Assembly: GCA_039621445.1 (NCBI GenBank) | Contig: CP154954.1 | Coordinates: forward strand, 24,192,954-24,256,953 | Length of the DNA: 64,000 nucleotides | Direction of reading: 5' to 3' | Source of the DNA: Euglena gracilis | Taxonomy: Eukaryota | In this document: piece after piece, positions 36,112 to 51,600 of the stretch | How the letters are laid out: the number at the start of each line of letters is the position of its first letter | Position numbering within the stretch: the first letter of the stretch is position 1 | The notes under the pieces: model-generated | The model's database searches: none | Told to the model about the DNA's origin: nothing | The model's input: the letters and a program-made list of their open reading frames with translations, nothing else | Made by a program: the position numbers and the translations under genes

Positions 36112-39100
36112 ATGTCTCAGCACCAATTGGTGCTAACATGCTTCCATGGCCCACGATACTGCACTTTTTGTAATGAATTTATCTTCGGCCTTACATATCA
36201 AGGGTTTGCTTGCACCCAATGCGGCATTGCTTTCCAAGGGATGCTTGATTGCAATTTCTTGTGTCATGTGTTAGAGCAGGAAAAAAAATTCCCTAAAATT
36301 ACACATTCCAGAGATTCGGTATGGCACAAGCCCTCCCCCCAACACGTCCCTCAAAAATGGGTTTACAGGGGCGGCTCCCCTGTGACCCCGTGACCCCGGC
36401 AATGGAGCTTGCGCAAACAGAACAGAAAATGACCACAAAATTCGATTCTGATTCTGGCCGATCTGACGATCGCGAGCGTATCTCTGGCTGCGTGCATTGT
36501 TGAGGTTCCAAGTTACCCCTCGATTGAAAGCTCTTTTCAACAGACGGCCAGCGGTGATGATGACAGTTTTCCACGATGCATGGTACTCTTATTCCAAAAC
36601 AACACCAATTTTCACCAAAATTGGATACCCACACTATAGTCCCCAAATGGCAAATCTCATTCTGCTACATGGTTATAACAGTCATATCACCACCCCATTT
36701 TCCCATTTTACAGTTGTTTTTTGCAATGATGCGGAGAGTGGAATTTGGACCATTTTCTCAGGACATTTCATTTGTTGATGTGCATTCACACAACTTCATT
36801 TGACAAAGACCCAAAAAAGACCCCTTCAAGGATTTGGACGAGCTTTGACGACCCCATATGTGTGGTTTCCTTTTCAAAAAGTCAACCCCCTAAATGCACC
36901 TTTTGGGGGCTGACGTTGACTAGTCCCCATCCTTGGTCATTTTTATATCATGGAAAAATATTGGAAATATTTCCAAATTTTCCGCAATTTTCCCGCAATT
37001 TTTCTGCAATTTTTCCATCGGAAAAATGAAAATTTATTTTTCCGCAAAATAAGCAACCCTAAAAAAGTGACAAACAAAGTATTTCATTCACCTTTTGTTT
37101 TTTTTTTAACATGGTGCCCAAATGGATTTAGGGGGCTTGGTAATTGTTCGCCACATTCCCCAGATGGCAGGAGGGGTTGCAATGGTGTCAGGAGACTAAG
37201 TTTCTGTTTAATACCTTGGCCCATGATACAAAAATTTTAAGAAGAGATCAAAGTGATGAAAAAGTCCAAGGGTTTTCCCCAATGGTTTGTATTGCACCAG
37301 CTGTGTGGAACGACGGGCCCTGCTGGGGTAGGCAATAGATTATCACCCTGATTCCGTCCCAATTTCCAATATTTTTTTTTAAGCCATGAGCATCCGGATT
37401 CCATCTTTCCGAAACAACTTCATTTGACCCGCATCTCTGAGTTGTGGGTGTATCAGTGGGGGGCGGGGTTTGTGGTACTGGGGTGGGGTCCCCCAGGACC
37501 CCCCCCCCCAGGGTGGGTGGGTGGGGGGACCCCCCCTCCCCCCGGTCTCAAAAAGAACCCCTGGCTCGATTTTGCAAACACCGAACGGACCGCATTTCAC
37601 CGGTGTCGTAGGCGTATACTGGATTTTCCAGCACACCATGAAATTTGCGGGTAATCCTCAAACAGAAATCGGCTAATTTAGGATGTTGTCCAGAACTCTC
37701 AATGACTGCAGAGATTTGGACCAGGGGTTAATTGGGAAGGTGTCACACAGTTTCATTTCTCCTTTGGGTGCCGTTTTAGGCTCCTAGTTCTGGGTGCCTT
37801 CTCGTTAGATGATAGAAGTCTTCTAATTTTTTTTTGCTTTCAAACACAACTTTTTGCCATGAATCAGGGCTTTGGATGAGAAAAATGTGCTCTTTTTGAG
37901 CCAGACACTGTGCCCCTTTGAAATGGTCCAAAATTTTCCAACCATGCGGCTTGTGTGACCGCCACCACAAGTGAATTATTCGAGAACTGTGTCCCCCGGC
38001 TTCACGTCCGAACTGGCGTCTGAGGAATCACGGCCGATTTCGCCCCAAATACCCATGTTTGGGACATTTTTTGGCGACTTTGGTCCGATTGGTGGCCGAT
38101 TGAAATTGGTAGATTTCACACGTCTGATTCCATGTTTCTGCCCTTCGATCAAAAGCTCTTCTCTTATTTTTTGGCAATCGTATATTCCAAAAGTTGACAT
38201 ATTGTTCCTGTCATATCTCAACAAATGTCATACGTTTTTTTTTTTCAGCTGGAGAAAAGTTGTCATAGCCAAGCACTTTTGACTATTTTTTTTTCTTTGG
38301 TTTATCTTTTTTTTGTTGGTTGACAGGACAAATGTCGGCATGTCATTTTAATGACAGCAGACAAATGCGACTTTAGGTCTGTCGGCATACAGAGGGAGAA
38401 GGTATCAATCGAAAGCTCTCAACAATACCTTTAGGGCTCTGAAAATCGCCGATCGCATGTTCCGACGCTGATTGCAAATTGCACTGTTCAGCTGCCATGT
38501 TGCCGCTCGATCGAAAGCTCTTCTCAAGGACTTTTCAGCAAATGGCCTCAGATTTCAGCCATGCTTCAATGTAGTCCTATTTCAGAAACTACTCAAAATT
38601 TGCAAAGTGAAATTATTGCCCAATTTGCTCAGATATGCTTACCACATGCGTGCAAACCATTTTGGACACTTTCTGGCACTTTTTATTCTTTATCCTGGGC
38701 AGAGCAATCCCAAAATGCACGCCTTTGTTGTTTCAAGGACATCAGACAGGTTGGTACGACGGGGCATTTTTCACGTATCCCGGGGGGGGGGGGCAATTAT
38801 TTGGGTTTTTGTTGAAAATCCTTGGGGAGGCTATTATTCAGGGGGGGGGCTATTATTCGGGGGGGGGGGGGTTTGACAGGTCGATTTCGCCGACATTTAA
38901 CCCCCCTTGAACAAAATCCTAAGCTGACTAGTCGATGGTCGTAAAGATGGTGTCTGGCTGGGCCAAATCACCCAGAAATGGTTTGAATAGGGTCAAATGA
39001 GTGCTCTTCACATATAAACATCCAGAGGTAAAAATGCAGGGTCCGTGTGTGGGTCAGTGGGGCTCGGTGAGGCTCCAGAGGGATAAAGTACCACTGGCAG

Positions 39101-39660
39101 ACAAGGGTTGAAAATGAAAATCCCTTACAAATATTTTGCATTTTGAGGGGGCGGAATACTCCCCCCTGACCTGGGCCTCAATTCGGGCTATTTTCTCTGC
39201 AAATAACGTTGTGAAGTGGCCTCCTCGGGGGGGGGGGTGCCCCCGCACCCCCATCAAATAGCAAACTCCTGTTGTGCTGACAACACTCTTGGGGGGTCTA
39301 GTCCTTGTTGTGGGTGATTTTGACTGGGTTGTGCTTGCCGCTATATGGAAAATCTCATGGGAAGAGGTAAAATTTTGCTAAAAAGTGGCCAAAACGTATA
39401 TTTTTATCCAAAACTATTGCAATATTCACCCCGTCTGGGGGACGTGTATTTCGGGGGTTTTATTTTTTGGGGGGGGTTTACATTGTAAGGTAAATGCCAT
39501 CAAGTAAAGATGCATCCCATGCCCTCATTCACAAGAAATGTGAAGCTCAAGCCAACACTGCAGCATATGCACGGTGCCCTGGGTTTAAGGACGAGAATCG
39601 ACCAAACAAAGAATTCCGAGGGGAGCGGATCACACTTAAGGAGTCCACCGCATCTTTCTG
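36112..39660 (+). CDS. C1 (PKC-type zinc finger) domain in two exons (36112-about 36225; about 39521-39660)
   Basis: MSQHQLVLTCFHGPRYCTFCNEFIFGLTYQGFACTQCG + ALIHKKCEAQANTAAYARC gives the H-x12-C-x2-C-x13-C-x2-C-x4-H-x2-C pattern; pyrimidine tract/CAG at 36103-36105 just before the ATG. Confidence 0.8.
37563..37712 (-). mobile_element. Gypsy RT fragment
   Basis: Matches 3703-3853 (GPFGVCKIE). Confidence 0.8.
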
Positions 39661-39810
39661 GTTTTGGATCTACAAGATTTATTTATTTGTGCGCAGAAAC
39701 AAGAAATATTTTTGCTTATGCTTCCTGTTTTCCATTTGTGAGTGGAGCGTGACTTTGATGAATGACCAAAGCCGATGTCATTTTCAAAGCATCATGGATG
39801 GAATGTTTCA

Positions 39811-40690
<880 letters not shown>

Positions 40691-40691
<1 letters not shown>

Positions 40692-40920
40692 ACACTTCCA
40701 AAAGTGTGATTTCAGAGGAAGCGGTGCCAGAGTTCAAAACGCCTTGTATTTTCGAATTGTTTGCTGAGAAGTGTTTACTGATCATCAAGAAGAGTTCACG
40801 AATCGAGGGCCACAAAACGACCAACGTCTCCATCAAGACTCTGAAGGTGGTGGCGGTGGATCCTGACAGAATTGAATTGACATATGATAGCAAATGCCGA
40901 CTCTACCGGCTGGAAAATCG
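40691..40920 (+). CDS. Probable internal exon(s), possibly a PH-like fold
   Basis: Open protein-like frame [17 protein letters not shown]...[26 protein letters not shown]; boundaries unresolved. Confidence 0.45.
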
Positions 40921-42023
40921 TACAGTGCGTGTCGGTCATCTTGCTTCATTTCTCAATGCTTGTTTGAGAAGGATGGGGGGGGGGGGGGGGGGGGGGGGGG
41001 ATATTAACTCGTGTTGGCCTATTTTTTTTTTTCATTGTGGGAATGTTTGCATTTCCGCTTGAATTGTGGGTGTGTTGCCATACTTTTCGTTCTCATTCCC
41101 CCCTTTTTTTCTCAGATTGGTGTCGCAGTAGTGTTGTCTGATCATTTAATAATCTTTTGCTTTTCCACATGATGGTTTCTGTGCGGTCTTTCTTCTCAAA
41201 CCCCTTCCAGATGTATCCCCACTTATTATTTCAGAAAGTCAGCCGACCCCCCACCTGGCTTTATTTCAAACCCAAGCAAAGGACATTGATGATTCCCTTT
41301 TTGTCCATGCCAACACCATTCATTTGCTTTGGCTTGAAGCTTCTTTTTTCCCAATGAAGTGGAAGAGCAGGGAGGCATGGAAGACTCTTTCTTATCATGC
41401 CTTGCAAATATCAAGGAGGCCTTCGGACGTCCTTTTCCTCTGCGTGTCAACTCTGCCGGTTTGGACTTTGCTCATTTGAAACGTGGATTGTTTCATTTTG
41501 GCACGTTCTTGCACATTGTAGTCGTTCAAATGGAGTTGTATGCACATCAGCCCTCAACGAAACACCATGTCGAAGCACAGGTCTTCTTTTCCCTTAGTGG
41601 TGATAGAAATAAAGAATATCATATATGTCTAAATGGCGGTTGGTTCCAGCCAAAAGCCATTCAAACTCACTGGGGGGCACTTCAAACTCAGCAGTGTGAA
41701 ATGAACGTCCAACAGAAGATGCTTCGGATGGGTGCTTCGTCAGGTACCCAAAGGCATTTGAGCCCTTTAAGCCCTGGATGTCGTCGGGCTGGGCCCGTTT
41801 GGATACAGAACGGGGTATTTTTAAGCTGGCGGGCCCCCGACTGGCTGGCCATGGATCCCCGGGGTCTAAAGAAATCCGCTTAATCATATGAAATTTCCCA
41901 ACCCAAACCCAACTTAGTGGTATATTTAAACCAAAGTTTTATTGCACCATTTTACTCAGCCCAAGGGATGTGTTTCACGTTTTTTCCGCATTTTTTTCCC
42001 GCATTTTTTTGCAAATTTCCAAG

Positions 42024-42332
42024 CTGGCTGTATTTTAGTCGGGTGCCGACCCCACCCCGGGGGGGGGGGGTGTCTGCAGGCACTCCAAGGCACTCTCAAT
42101 CCGACCCCCCCTCCCGGGGGGGGGGGGTAGGGCACACGGCCAAAAGTGCCCTAGCACAACCCCGGCGCCAAAGGAACCGGGGAACCAAAAATAGCCTATT
42201 TTCAAAGGAATGTGTCTCTGCACAGGCCGAAATCCGACCCCCCCCCCCGGGGCGGGGGTTGTGCCTGCCTGAGCAGGCACTCACAGGCACTCCGGACCCC
42301 CCCTCCCCCCGGGGTTGGTTGCCGACAGCCTG
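42024..42332. mobile_element. hAT-type MITE, 8-bp TSD
   Basis: TTTCCAAG|CTGGCTGT...ACAGCCTG|TTTCCAAG; same family as 50124-50423. Confidence 0.88.
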
Positions 42333-45026
42333 TTTCCAAGTACGATTTTTGAGCATGTTTTTAGCGTTTTTTGCGCGTTTTTCAATTTTCTTTCCAGCAC
42401 ATTTCCTTTTTTTGCTTTTTGACGCATTTTTTTTCATTATTTGCCAAAATTTCGCAATGTCAGATTTTTTTGGCCATTCCCCCCTTTTTTTGCATTTTTT
42501 TTTGTATTTTTTGAACTGACATTTTGCTCATAATTCAATACGTGAGCAATTCGATTTTCAGACTTTTGCACTTTCTGCCAGAATTTGCACATTTTTGCGC
42601 ATTTTTTTCGAGGCTTGGCTGGCGCATTCCTGCCTCCCCTGATTTGCCACAGCAATTTTGAAAGTGTGCGCTGCGACTGTCGCGCCCCCATTCAATTTCT
42701 TCTTGAATTTTTTTGTTGTGTAGTTTTTTGTAAGTTTTTTTCAGTTTGTGTCGTTCTTCACCATGTCAAAGAAGTTCTGTGCCGCATCCACCGCGACAAA
42801 ATGCTCATATTTTTTTTAGAATAATGAGAATGATTGTGCAGACTACATTACAAATGAAACATAACTTCCCAGGCAGTCCCCTGATGCAGAAAACTGTCTG
42901 GGAGGTTGAAAAATGGAATTTCTGCACAGCCCAGTCATTAATGACATTTGCATTTGCGGACACCTGAAGAATGGCAAAGCCATTCGTTGGGCAAAGCCCG
43001 ATTCCAGTACCCTGCCCAGTCCGTCTTCATCAGGAAACATTGGCAAGAGGATGGCCTTGGTTTGTTCTGTAACCCTATGCGGATGCTGGCACCCTTGATT
43101 TCCCACCAACCTGCCCTTCCCAATGACTTTCTTCGCATTGTGATCGGATCCTGAAGGCAAGTTCAAAAACATCTTCAAAACCTTCAGTAGGATCCGTGTC
43201 GAATTGTGTGTGTGTGTGTGCACCCCCAAGGCAAGGGTGTATTCCAAAGGTGTATACTTTCACCCCAGCTCATTACCCCCCCCCCCAGGTTGCTGGGGCC
43301 AGTGTCATTATCCCCCCTTAAAGGGTTTGGCTTGGTTGCTCCCTTGGCCATTGGTGGCAACATGCCCCCCCCCCGCCAGGCTGTGCGGAAATCCCTGAAA
43401 CCCTATGGGCGGTGGTTGGGGAGTCGACCCCCCTCCCTGCTGGGTGGGGGGCGACCCCACCAGCACCAGGCCTTGTTATATTTTCTGGCGCCGATTTTTA
43501 GGTCACAATCTTCCTTCGGCGCCGAAGGAATTTTTCCTTGTGGGTTGTGTGGTGGGTGGGTGGGGGTCGACCCCCATTTTGCCAGAGGGCCTGATGGCGA
43601 GGTCGACTCCCCTCCCCAGACCTTCCCGTACATCCCCCCCCCCCCAAGTTTGACCACAGTGGTTTCCCCAATCGATTCCCCCCCCCCCCTAACCAGTATT
43701 CCCCTCTTTGGCCGAGGGTAAAAGAACTGTCATTTGGGGGGGGGGGAGGGTACGTCATGTTGGGGAGTGAATGTGGTGCATGACTTTTCAGCCCTGCCTT
43801 GTGCTGTCGTGGTGGGCCTGTGGCCAGTCCACACAATCACCTGGTCACTGGCCGACCCCCCCCCCCCCCCCGAGGGTGAGTGACTGGTTTTATCAGAGTG
43901 ATTGACTGGTTTTTTTCTTGGCCCGGACCCCCTCCCCCGGGGGGGGGGGTCGGCAAAAAACCACCAAAGTGACCCGGCGCCGAAGGCACTGGAAAACTTT
44001 TTTTTGGCTTTTTTTCACGTTTGTGGTCAAATTTCCTTTGGATTCCAGAGCGGCCGACCCCCCCAGGGGGGGAGTGACTGACTTGTCTTCCAAAAAAGAG
44101 ACTTACTGGTTTTGGAAAGAGTGGAAGTGACCCCCCTCCTCCCGGGGGTCGGTAAAGAACTGTATGGGCCAGCCTCTTTACTCAGTAATGGATCAAACTC
44201 TGTACATGGCCTGACTACCGTGGCTTCTGTGTCATTCACGCAAACAAAAATGCCCCTCAACCATGCAAAAGCGTCGATTACTTTTCATTTCTAAGAAAAC
44301 CAGCAAACACTGTTAAACAGAAGAATATATGGTGTCTCCACTGTTCTCATTCATCTTTTTTTTTCCATTCGCAGCCCAGAAACAAAAAGCCTGTTCCTCA
44401 ATACAGCTCCTAAGGTTATTGGATGGGCAATTTTAATATTTGGGCGGTCTGCAGCGAAATTGAAATCAATAAAACACCATTTCCAATAAAGGAAACACGC
44501 AAAATTTGAAGAAGAAGTATAAGAAAGTGGAGGCAGTGATTTGGTCAAGGTGACCAATTTGGGCTATAAACTGGCCAAACATGGCCCCAAATCAACCAAA
44601 TTGGTCATCTTGACCAAATCACTGCCTCCACAGCCAGCGCTAACAGGGTACGTCACCCACCCAGTATTGACCACCTCGCCCCCTTGCATGGGCTGTGGAT
44701 AGTGACAAACAAAAGTCACAAATTGGAAAAGTTTACAACTTGCTTCAGATTTGCACAAAGCCCTGTGGCAGTGGTGCTGTGCGGGGCGGGGCTGTGCTGG
44801 TGAACACACCATCACCACAGCCCATGGGCTAACATGGGCTTTGGGCTTGGGGTTGAGTACCACCCACAAAGTCAAGGGGGTATACAAATGATTCGGCACA
44901 CTGTGCAAATGCAAACACATATGCATATGCAAATACAAATGCAAGTGCACATACAAATACAAAACATGGACACAAACACAAATGGAAATACAAATTGCAG
45001 ACACAAATGCAATACAACACAAGTCC

Positions 45027-46150
45027 AGTACAGCACAGCACAGTACAGTACGCACACAGCACAGTACAGTACGCACACAGCACAGTACAGTACAGTACAG
45101 TACAGTACAGTACAGTACAGTACAGTACAGTACAGTACAGTACAGTACAGTACAGTACAGTACAGTACAGTACAGTACAGTACAGTACAGTACAGTACAG
45201 TACAGTACAGTACAGTACAGTACAGTACAGTACAGTGCAGTACAGTGTACAGTACAGTGCAGTACAGTGTACAGTACAGTGCAGTACAGTGTACAGTACA
45301 GTGCAGTACAGTGTACAGTACAGTACAGTACAGTACAGTACAGTACAGTACAGTACAGTACAGTACAGTACAGTGCAGTACAGTGTACAGTACAGTGCAG
45401 TACAGTGTACAGTACAGTGCAGTACAGTGTACAGTACAGTGCAGTACAGTGTACAGTACAGTACAGTACAGTACAGTACAGTACAGTACAGTACAGTACA
45501 GTACAGTACAGTGCAGTACAGTGTACAGTACAGTACAGTACAGTGTACAGTACAGTACAATGTACAGTACAGTACAGTGTACAGTACAGTACAGCACTGT
45601 GTACCAGGCTTCTTTTTAAGTCACCCGACCCCCCCCCCCCTGGGGGGTGGGTGGGTGGGTCCGGGCCGGACCCCCCCGGGGGGGGGGGGGTCCCGCGCCG
45701 GAGGCGCTGGGTATACCTTTTCGGTGCGAAGCGCCGAAATTTTTTGAAAATTGCCTTTAACGGGCCCGATTTTTGGGGGGGGGGTCCCGCCCCCCCCGGG
45801 GGGGGGGGCCCGCGCCACCCTGGGTGGGTGGGGGGACCGGACCCCCCCGGGGGTCTTAAAAAGAAGCCTGCTGTGTACAGTACAGTACAGCACTGTGTAC
45901 AGTACAGCACTGTGTACAGTACAAAGTGCAGTACAGTACAGTACTGTGTCCAGCACAGTACAGTGCTGTGTACAGTACAATACAGTACTTTGTGCAGTAC
46001 AATGCACTACAGTGGTGTCTAAGTGCAGTACAGTGTTGTGTCCATTACAGTCAGTACAGTACAATACCGTGTGCAGCACAGTACTGGATACAGCACAGTC
46101 AGGCTGGGGGTAAGGGTTAGGGTCAGTGCTGTGTACAGCACAGTACTGTG
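45027..46150. repeat. (CAGTA)n microsatellite, degenerate at the ends
   Basis: Direct repeats, interrupted by a MITE at 45605-45870. Confidence 0.97.
45605..45870. mobile_element. hAT-type MITE, 8-bp TSD
   Basis: CTGTGTAC|CAGGCTTCTTTTTAAG...CTTAAAAAGAAGCCTG|CTGTGTAC. Confidence 0.93.
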
Positions 46151-46884
46151 CTTCTGGACCATTTTGGCCAAGACCGCCAATTTTTTTTGTCCCCAATTTT
46201 CTTGCCTCCAATTTTTTTTTTGGCACCAATCCCTCCCCTGTACGCTCGCTACGCTGCACCACACTACCAGTGCAGTTCAGGCTTCTTTTTCAGTCTGAAG
46301 CCCCCTGAGGGGGAGGGGTGGGTGGGTGGGTAGGTTTTGGGCTGGATCCCCCCGGGGGATCCCAGGCCGGAGGGTTTGTGAAATTCTTCTAGTCCCCTCC
46401 AGCAAAAGTGCACTAATTCCCAAAACTGCAATTTCTACATTTTTTTCCTGCAGTTTTCCCGCAATTTTTACGAAGCCTTCTGATATCGATTCCCTCCTAC
46501 CTGAACTATGTTTCTCACAATATAATGTACATACATAAACCATATAATTTTACACAATAAATTTTGCAATTACAACTTCAATTACAATCATTCTCATAAT
46601 TGCAATTGCAATGAAGTACAACATAATTGCAATAACAAAAACAAGCACGCGAGCACGCAAGCAAGCAAGCAAGCAAGCAAGCAAACAAACAAACGAATGA
46701 ATGGTGATGGAGGCAAGTCATTCAATAAACAAGGATTTTGGGGGCATCTCCCTCCCTGTGTCAGACCACCCAAAGCCTTTTCTTTCTAGTGATGTCCTTG
46801 GTGTTTCTGCTCACACATGCACACAGTCAAACCCATGCACATTTTTTCCCATGATAACTTGAGAACTCCCTAATACAATGTTTG

Positions 46885-48621
46885 AGCATCCTGGCGCATT
46901 TTCTGTGCCTCAAGAACCGTGGCTTCTCACCACCCGCCGAAGGCTTTATCAGATCCGAAACCCTCGCCTTTGGTCTCTGCCCCCTCCCTCATTGGCTGGG
47001 AGGGTTCGACCCCTATGCTTTGCATTTAAGACGATCAACATCCAACCCCAAACAAAAAAGACCAAAAAATAAATCAAACAAAAAACAAAAAACAATAAAC
47101 AAAACAAAAAATAAATAACAAACAAAAAAATCCAACCCCAGTCGCATTGAACGCAGTGGAGACACCCCACCGGGAGGCGAAGCCGGGCCCTGGCAGCCAC
47201 GTGTCGCCCACCGGGGGCAGCTTCCGCAGCAACGTGAAGGTCCCGGTCCCCGGCGGGTCGGGAGGCCGGCTGTCGCCGAAGGCCCCGCCCTCCCCCCAGC
47301 CGGGGCGGGCACCAGTCACCCCCAGCAACCGCCTTTCCCCGAAGTCCCTGCCTTCCGACCAGGGGGACACAGGTCTCTGGGCTTTGACATTGCATATGAA
47401 CACCACTCAAAAAAGAGCGGAGAAAGGTGGAATGACTGGGGGGGGGGTGTCCGGGGTTCCTTTGATGCTGGGTGGATACCCAATAAAAATGGTAGAATTG
47501 TTTCCAATTCCAAAGTGCAAGTATGACCCCCTCGAGGGCGTTTTCGCTAGGTATTGCTGACTGCCCATTGACCCTTCATTTTTGGGACAATTCATGTGCA
47601 AAATTTTTGGGTAAAATCCTTTTGAAATAATTTCACAAGTTTTTAAGTACCCCCCCCCCAGTCGTACGACCACCCCTCATTTACGACCACTCCCCGGTCA
47701 CAGGTTGCAGGTCATGGGGGTTTTATGACCCCCCCCCCCCGGTCACAGGTTGCAGGAACCCGGTCATACGACTAGGGGGGGGGTATTACCCTGTGCTGTC
47801 GTCCAGTTGGCTCAAGGTGCTTATACATCCCAAAAATCATTTTGTATTTTATACATTTGGGTTGGATTCCTTTTTTCATTCCATGGCCCTGTGGCTTTGC
47901 CCAACCTCCGTGGGACTGCTCTCAGGCATCTGCAGGTAAGCACCATTTTCCATGCACGGAATACAATTACCCCCTTCCCCCCAAATGAACACCCCCCCCC
48001 TCCCCAGTAAAGTGCAATCTCAAACTACACCCCCGTCCCCCCTGCCCAGACAAGTTGGCCTGGGATGAAGCTAGTGGGACAGGGTTGTTCTGATGTTGGC
48101 CATGCGCCGAAGGTTGCTCAGATTAAGAACCCCTGGCACGCGGCCTAAATTTGGGTCCGAATTTGTTTTAATTGTGGCTTACGCCCAAATGCAATTCCTG
48201 ACAGGGTTGCATTTTGCATTGCATGCAAAGCGTGTCTTTTTTTTGGTCGCTCTAAACAGAAATGGCTTTATTGTTTTGGCACAATTTAGAAATTGGCCTG
48301 AACTTGACCAGTTCATATGTTACAAATGGAACATCACCAAAATTTTCCGGCCTTGTCCTGAATGGTTCTATCGACAGGCTTCACATGGCATCTCCACACT
48401 GCTGCCTCCACCCCCATGGGGACACCAACAGTGAGAAATGGGGGGTGATCCGCATTTTCCATTTTTTCCACATTAGAGTGGCTTTGGGGTAATATTTATT
48501 TCGGGGAGAGATTTAAAATCTGGAGGTCATTTTTTTTTGCAGAGACTCATGAAAAGTTGCCAAGCGAAATCAGCGCCAAAAAGCATTTTTACTCCAGGCA
48601 CACCCTTCATATTGTCGTTTT

Positions 48622-48656
<35 letters not shown>

Positions 48657-51600
48657 CTTTTTCTTTCACATTGTTTTTTTTTGATTTCACAATGCTTCTC
48701 CGTTCCTTTTTTCGAGCTTGCGTGCGTCTGTGCGCGTGTGCCCGGGTGCGCGGGTGCACCTGCCTGCCTGCAAGGCCTGCACCTTCGCCAACCCCCCGGA
48801 CAAGGACGCCTGCACCATGTGCGCCACCAAGAAAGGCTCCTCTGGGCCACGGCGGGAGAGCCCCTCGCTGCCGCTCCCTTCCGCCCCGCCGCTCCCCGCC
48901 AGTTCACCAGGGCCGGCGTCGAGGGGGGCTGAGCCACCCAATGGCAGTGAGCGAATGGAGGAGCTTTGGGCACCTGGGAGTGCCCGAAATGAATCCAAAG
49001 GTGACCGCCACCTCAGGCACCGGGTGGTGCGCTGTTAATTGGACCCCCACCTGTCTGATTTTTGTTTGTTTTTCTTCAGAGTTACCATTAAAACTCTGGA
49101 GGTGAATATATTATGTTATAAAATTGGGATTGGGACTGCTTTGGACAACCGGGGCTGTGGTTTTATTTAGACTCTGCGCTTGTGGCACCCTTCTATTGGG
49201 GGGGGGGGCGGGTTTAGCCGGGTTCAGGGGCTGCGAGTTGACATTTTTTTCTGTTGGACATTTCCCCCCCATTTTTCGTCACAAACCTCAGTTGGGGCGA
49301 ACTGGGTTTTCAGGCCGCCCGGAATTCTCCCTCTTTTGACTGCAGCTTGACACCTTCGGCTGGTCTGAGGGATCCGCTGACCTGATTCGACTGCAGCTTC
49401 CTATTCGCTTTCCAGCAACCTTTGGTAGGCGGGCGAGAAGGTTCCCGCCTTTTGGCCATCGCTGGAGGCCACCCCTGCTCCGTCGGCGGAGGGGCCGTGG
49501 GTGTGCGAGGTCTGCACACTGCGAAACCCGGCGACGCTGATGCAGTGCAGCGCCTGCCTCGCGCCCTGCCGGAGCAAAGACCCGTCGCAGTCCCTCGCAG
49601 GCCACCGGATCACTGCCCCCCCCTCCCCGAAATGGGGATGCCCAGCCCGGAATGCAGGTGGGGGGATGTGCAGATTTGTGCATTTCTTCAAATTGTACAA
49701 GAATCTTGTGTTTTTAACACGCTTTTCGGCATTTTTGCTGCATTTTTTGAACACTTTTTGGTTTTTCAGGTTTGTTTTTGCATTTTTTTTGTATTTCCCC
49801 CAATTTCACACATTTTTGCCTGTGTATTTTTTTGAAAAAAAGTTATATTTCCTTGTTTTTTTCTGTGTAATTTTTTTGAAAATTTGTGTTTTTTTTGTAT
49901 GTTTTGGGGTGATTTTTACATTTTTTTTTAACATTTTGATTTTTTTTGCATCCGCCCCCCCCCCCGCATGCACAGTTTGTGCATTCTTGCGCCCTTTGAG
50001 CATCATTGCCAGGGTACCGCATATCTCTGCAGAATGGCTTTCACTCCCTGTGCTTTCTCCCTCACAATTGACTTCTGCAACACTGCACTTTTTTCTGACC
50101 CCCCCCCCCAAGTAAGACCCCACCAGGCTGTATTTTAGTCGGGTGCCGACCCCACCCGGGGGGTGGGCAGGCACCCCAAGGCCCTCCAAATCCGACCCCC
50201 CCCGGGGGTAGGGGGGTAGGGCACACGGCCAAAAGTGCCCTAGCACAGACCCGGCGCCGAAGGCGCCGGGGAGCCAAAATGGCCTATTTCCAAAGGAATG
50301 TGCCTGGGCACAGGCCCAAATCCGACCCCCCCCCAGGGGGGGGGGTAGTGCCTGCCTGGGCAGGCACTCATAGGCACTCCGGACCCCCCTCCCCACCCCG
50401 GGGTTGGTAAAAAAAACAGCCTGGACCCCACCCCAGGATTTTCGGGAAAATCCAAAATATACACCACCGAAAACAGAAAAAGACCCCAAAATGGGTGATT
50501 TTTTCTACATTTTTTGGGGTTTTTTTTGCTCCTCTCAAATGTGTTGCAATTTGCATTTTTGGGGACAATTTGCATTCATTGCCAAAAATCACCTTTTTTG
50601 ACCTATTTTTGGGCCATCCTACCGGAAGGTTTTTTTCGGCTAAATTTTTCAAAAAAATTCAAAAAGTAGATAACCCCCCAAAATAAGACCCCCTGGGTCT
50701 TTTTAGCAACGGACCCAAAAAGCAGACCCAGGGTCTTTTTTGGGGGTGTGTTTAGTTGCAAGGACGCAATAATCTCATGAATTTTTGGACGTCAACGCCA
50801 CAAATGTAATGTGATAAAGGAAGTCCGAAACGAAAAGTTTCAGGGCTTCTATTTGGTACAGTTACAAATTTTCCTCTTTGAGGTGAGACGTTCCAATCAC
50901 ACTTTGGGTAAATTGCTGAGGGAGTATGTGGTTTCTAAATCTTGCCCCATCCCCTGCCATGGGGGGCTGCTGGCGAACTTCAACAACGACGCCGAGATCC
51001 AGAAGTATGTCCAGGCCAGGGTTGTATGGGAAGCTCCGCAGACATGAGGTAGGTGGTAGGGGGGGGTCACCCCCCCCCCCCAGGGGGGTAAGGTCTAAGG
51101 TGGTAGGGGGGGGGTCCCCCCCCAGTTTCGGAAGGGGGGGTCCCCCCCAGAGATTCCCATACAACCCTGGTCCAGGCCCAGAAGGATTTGCTACAGTTGC
51201 TGCGCGCGGGACGTCTGACGCAGGGCGCGTACCAGAAGATGGCGCCCAAGGCCTCTGCTCAATCCGAAACCATCCCCAGTGGGAGGGGGGTTCTCCATCC
51301 ACTCGACAGGGAGGGACAGGGTATTACGTGAGCGTTGGCTTTGTACAGGGTTTTTTTTATTTGTGGACCCCCGGGGGGGGGAGGAGGTCCACGAATAAAA
51401 GGGGGGGGTAGGGTGGGTGGGTCCGGCCGAGACCCCCCCCCCCTGAGGGGGTCCCCCCAGGGAGGAGTGGGTTATATTTTTCGGCGCCTTTGGCGCCGAA
51501 TTTTTTTGAAAAGGTGCTATTTTTAGCAATCTTTGGCCATTTTCAGGGAAAAGAAAGTGGGTTCCCCAGGACCCTCCCCGCGGGGGGGGGGGGCCCCCGG

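Noticed and set aside
46110-46125. Telomeric TTAGGG seed
   Set aside because: Only one to two imperfect units.
44564-46262. Long VLYCT/STVQY ORFs
   Set aside because: Translations of the (CAGTA)n microsatellite.
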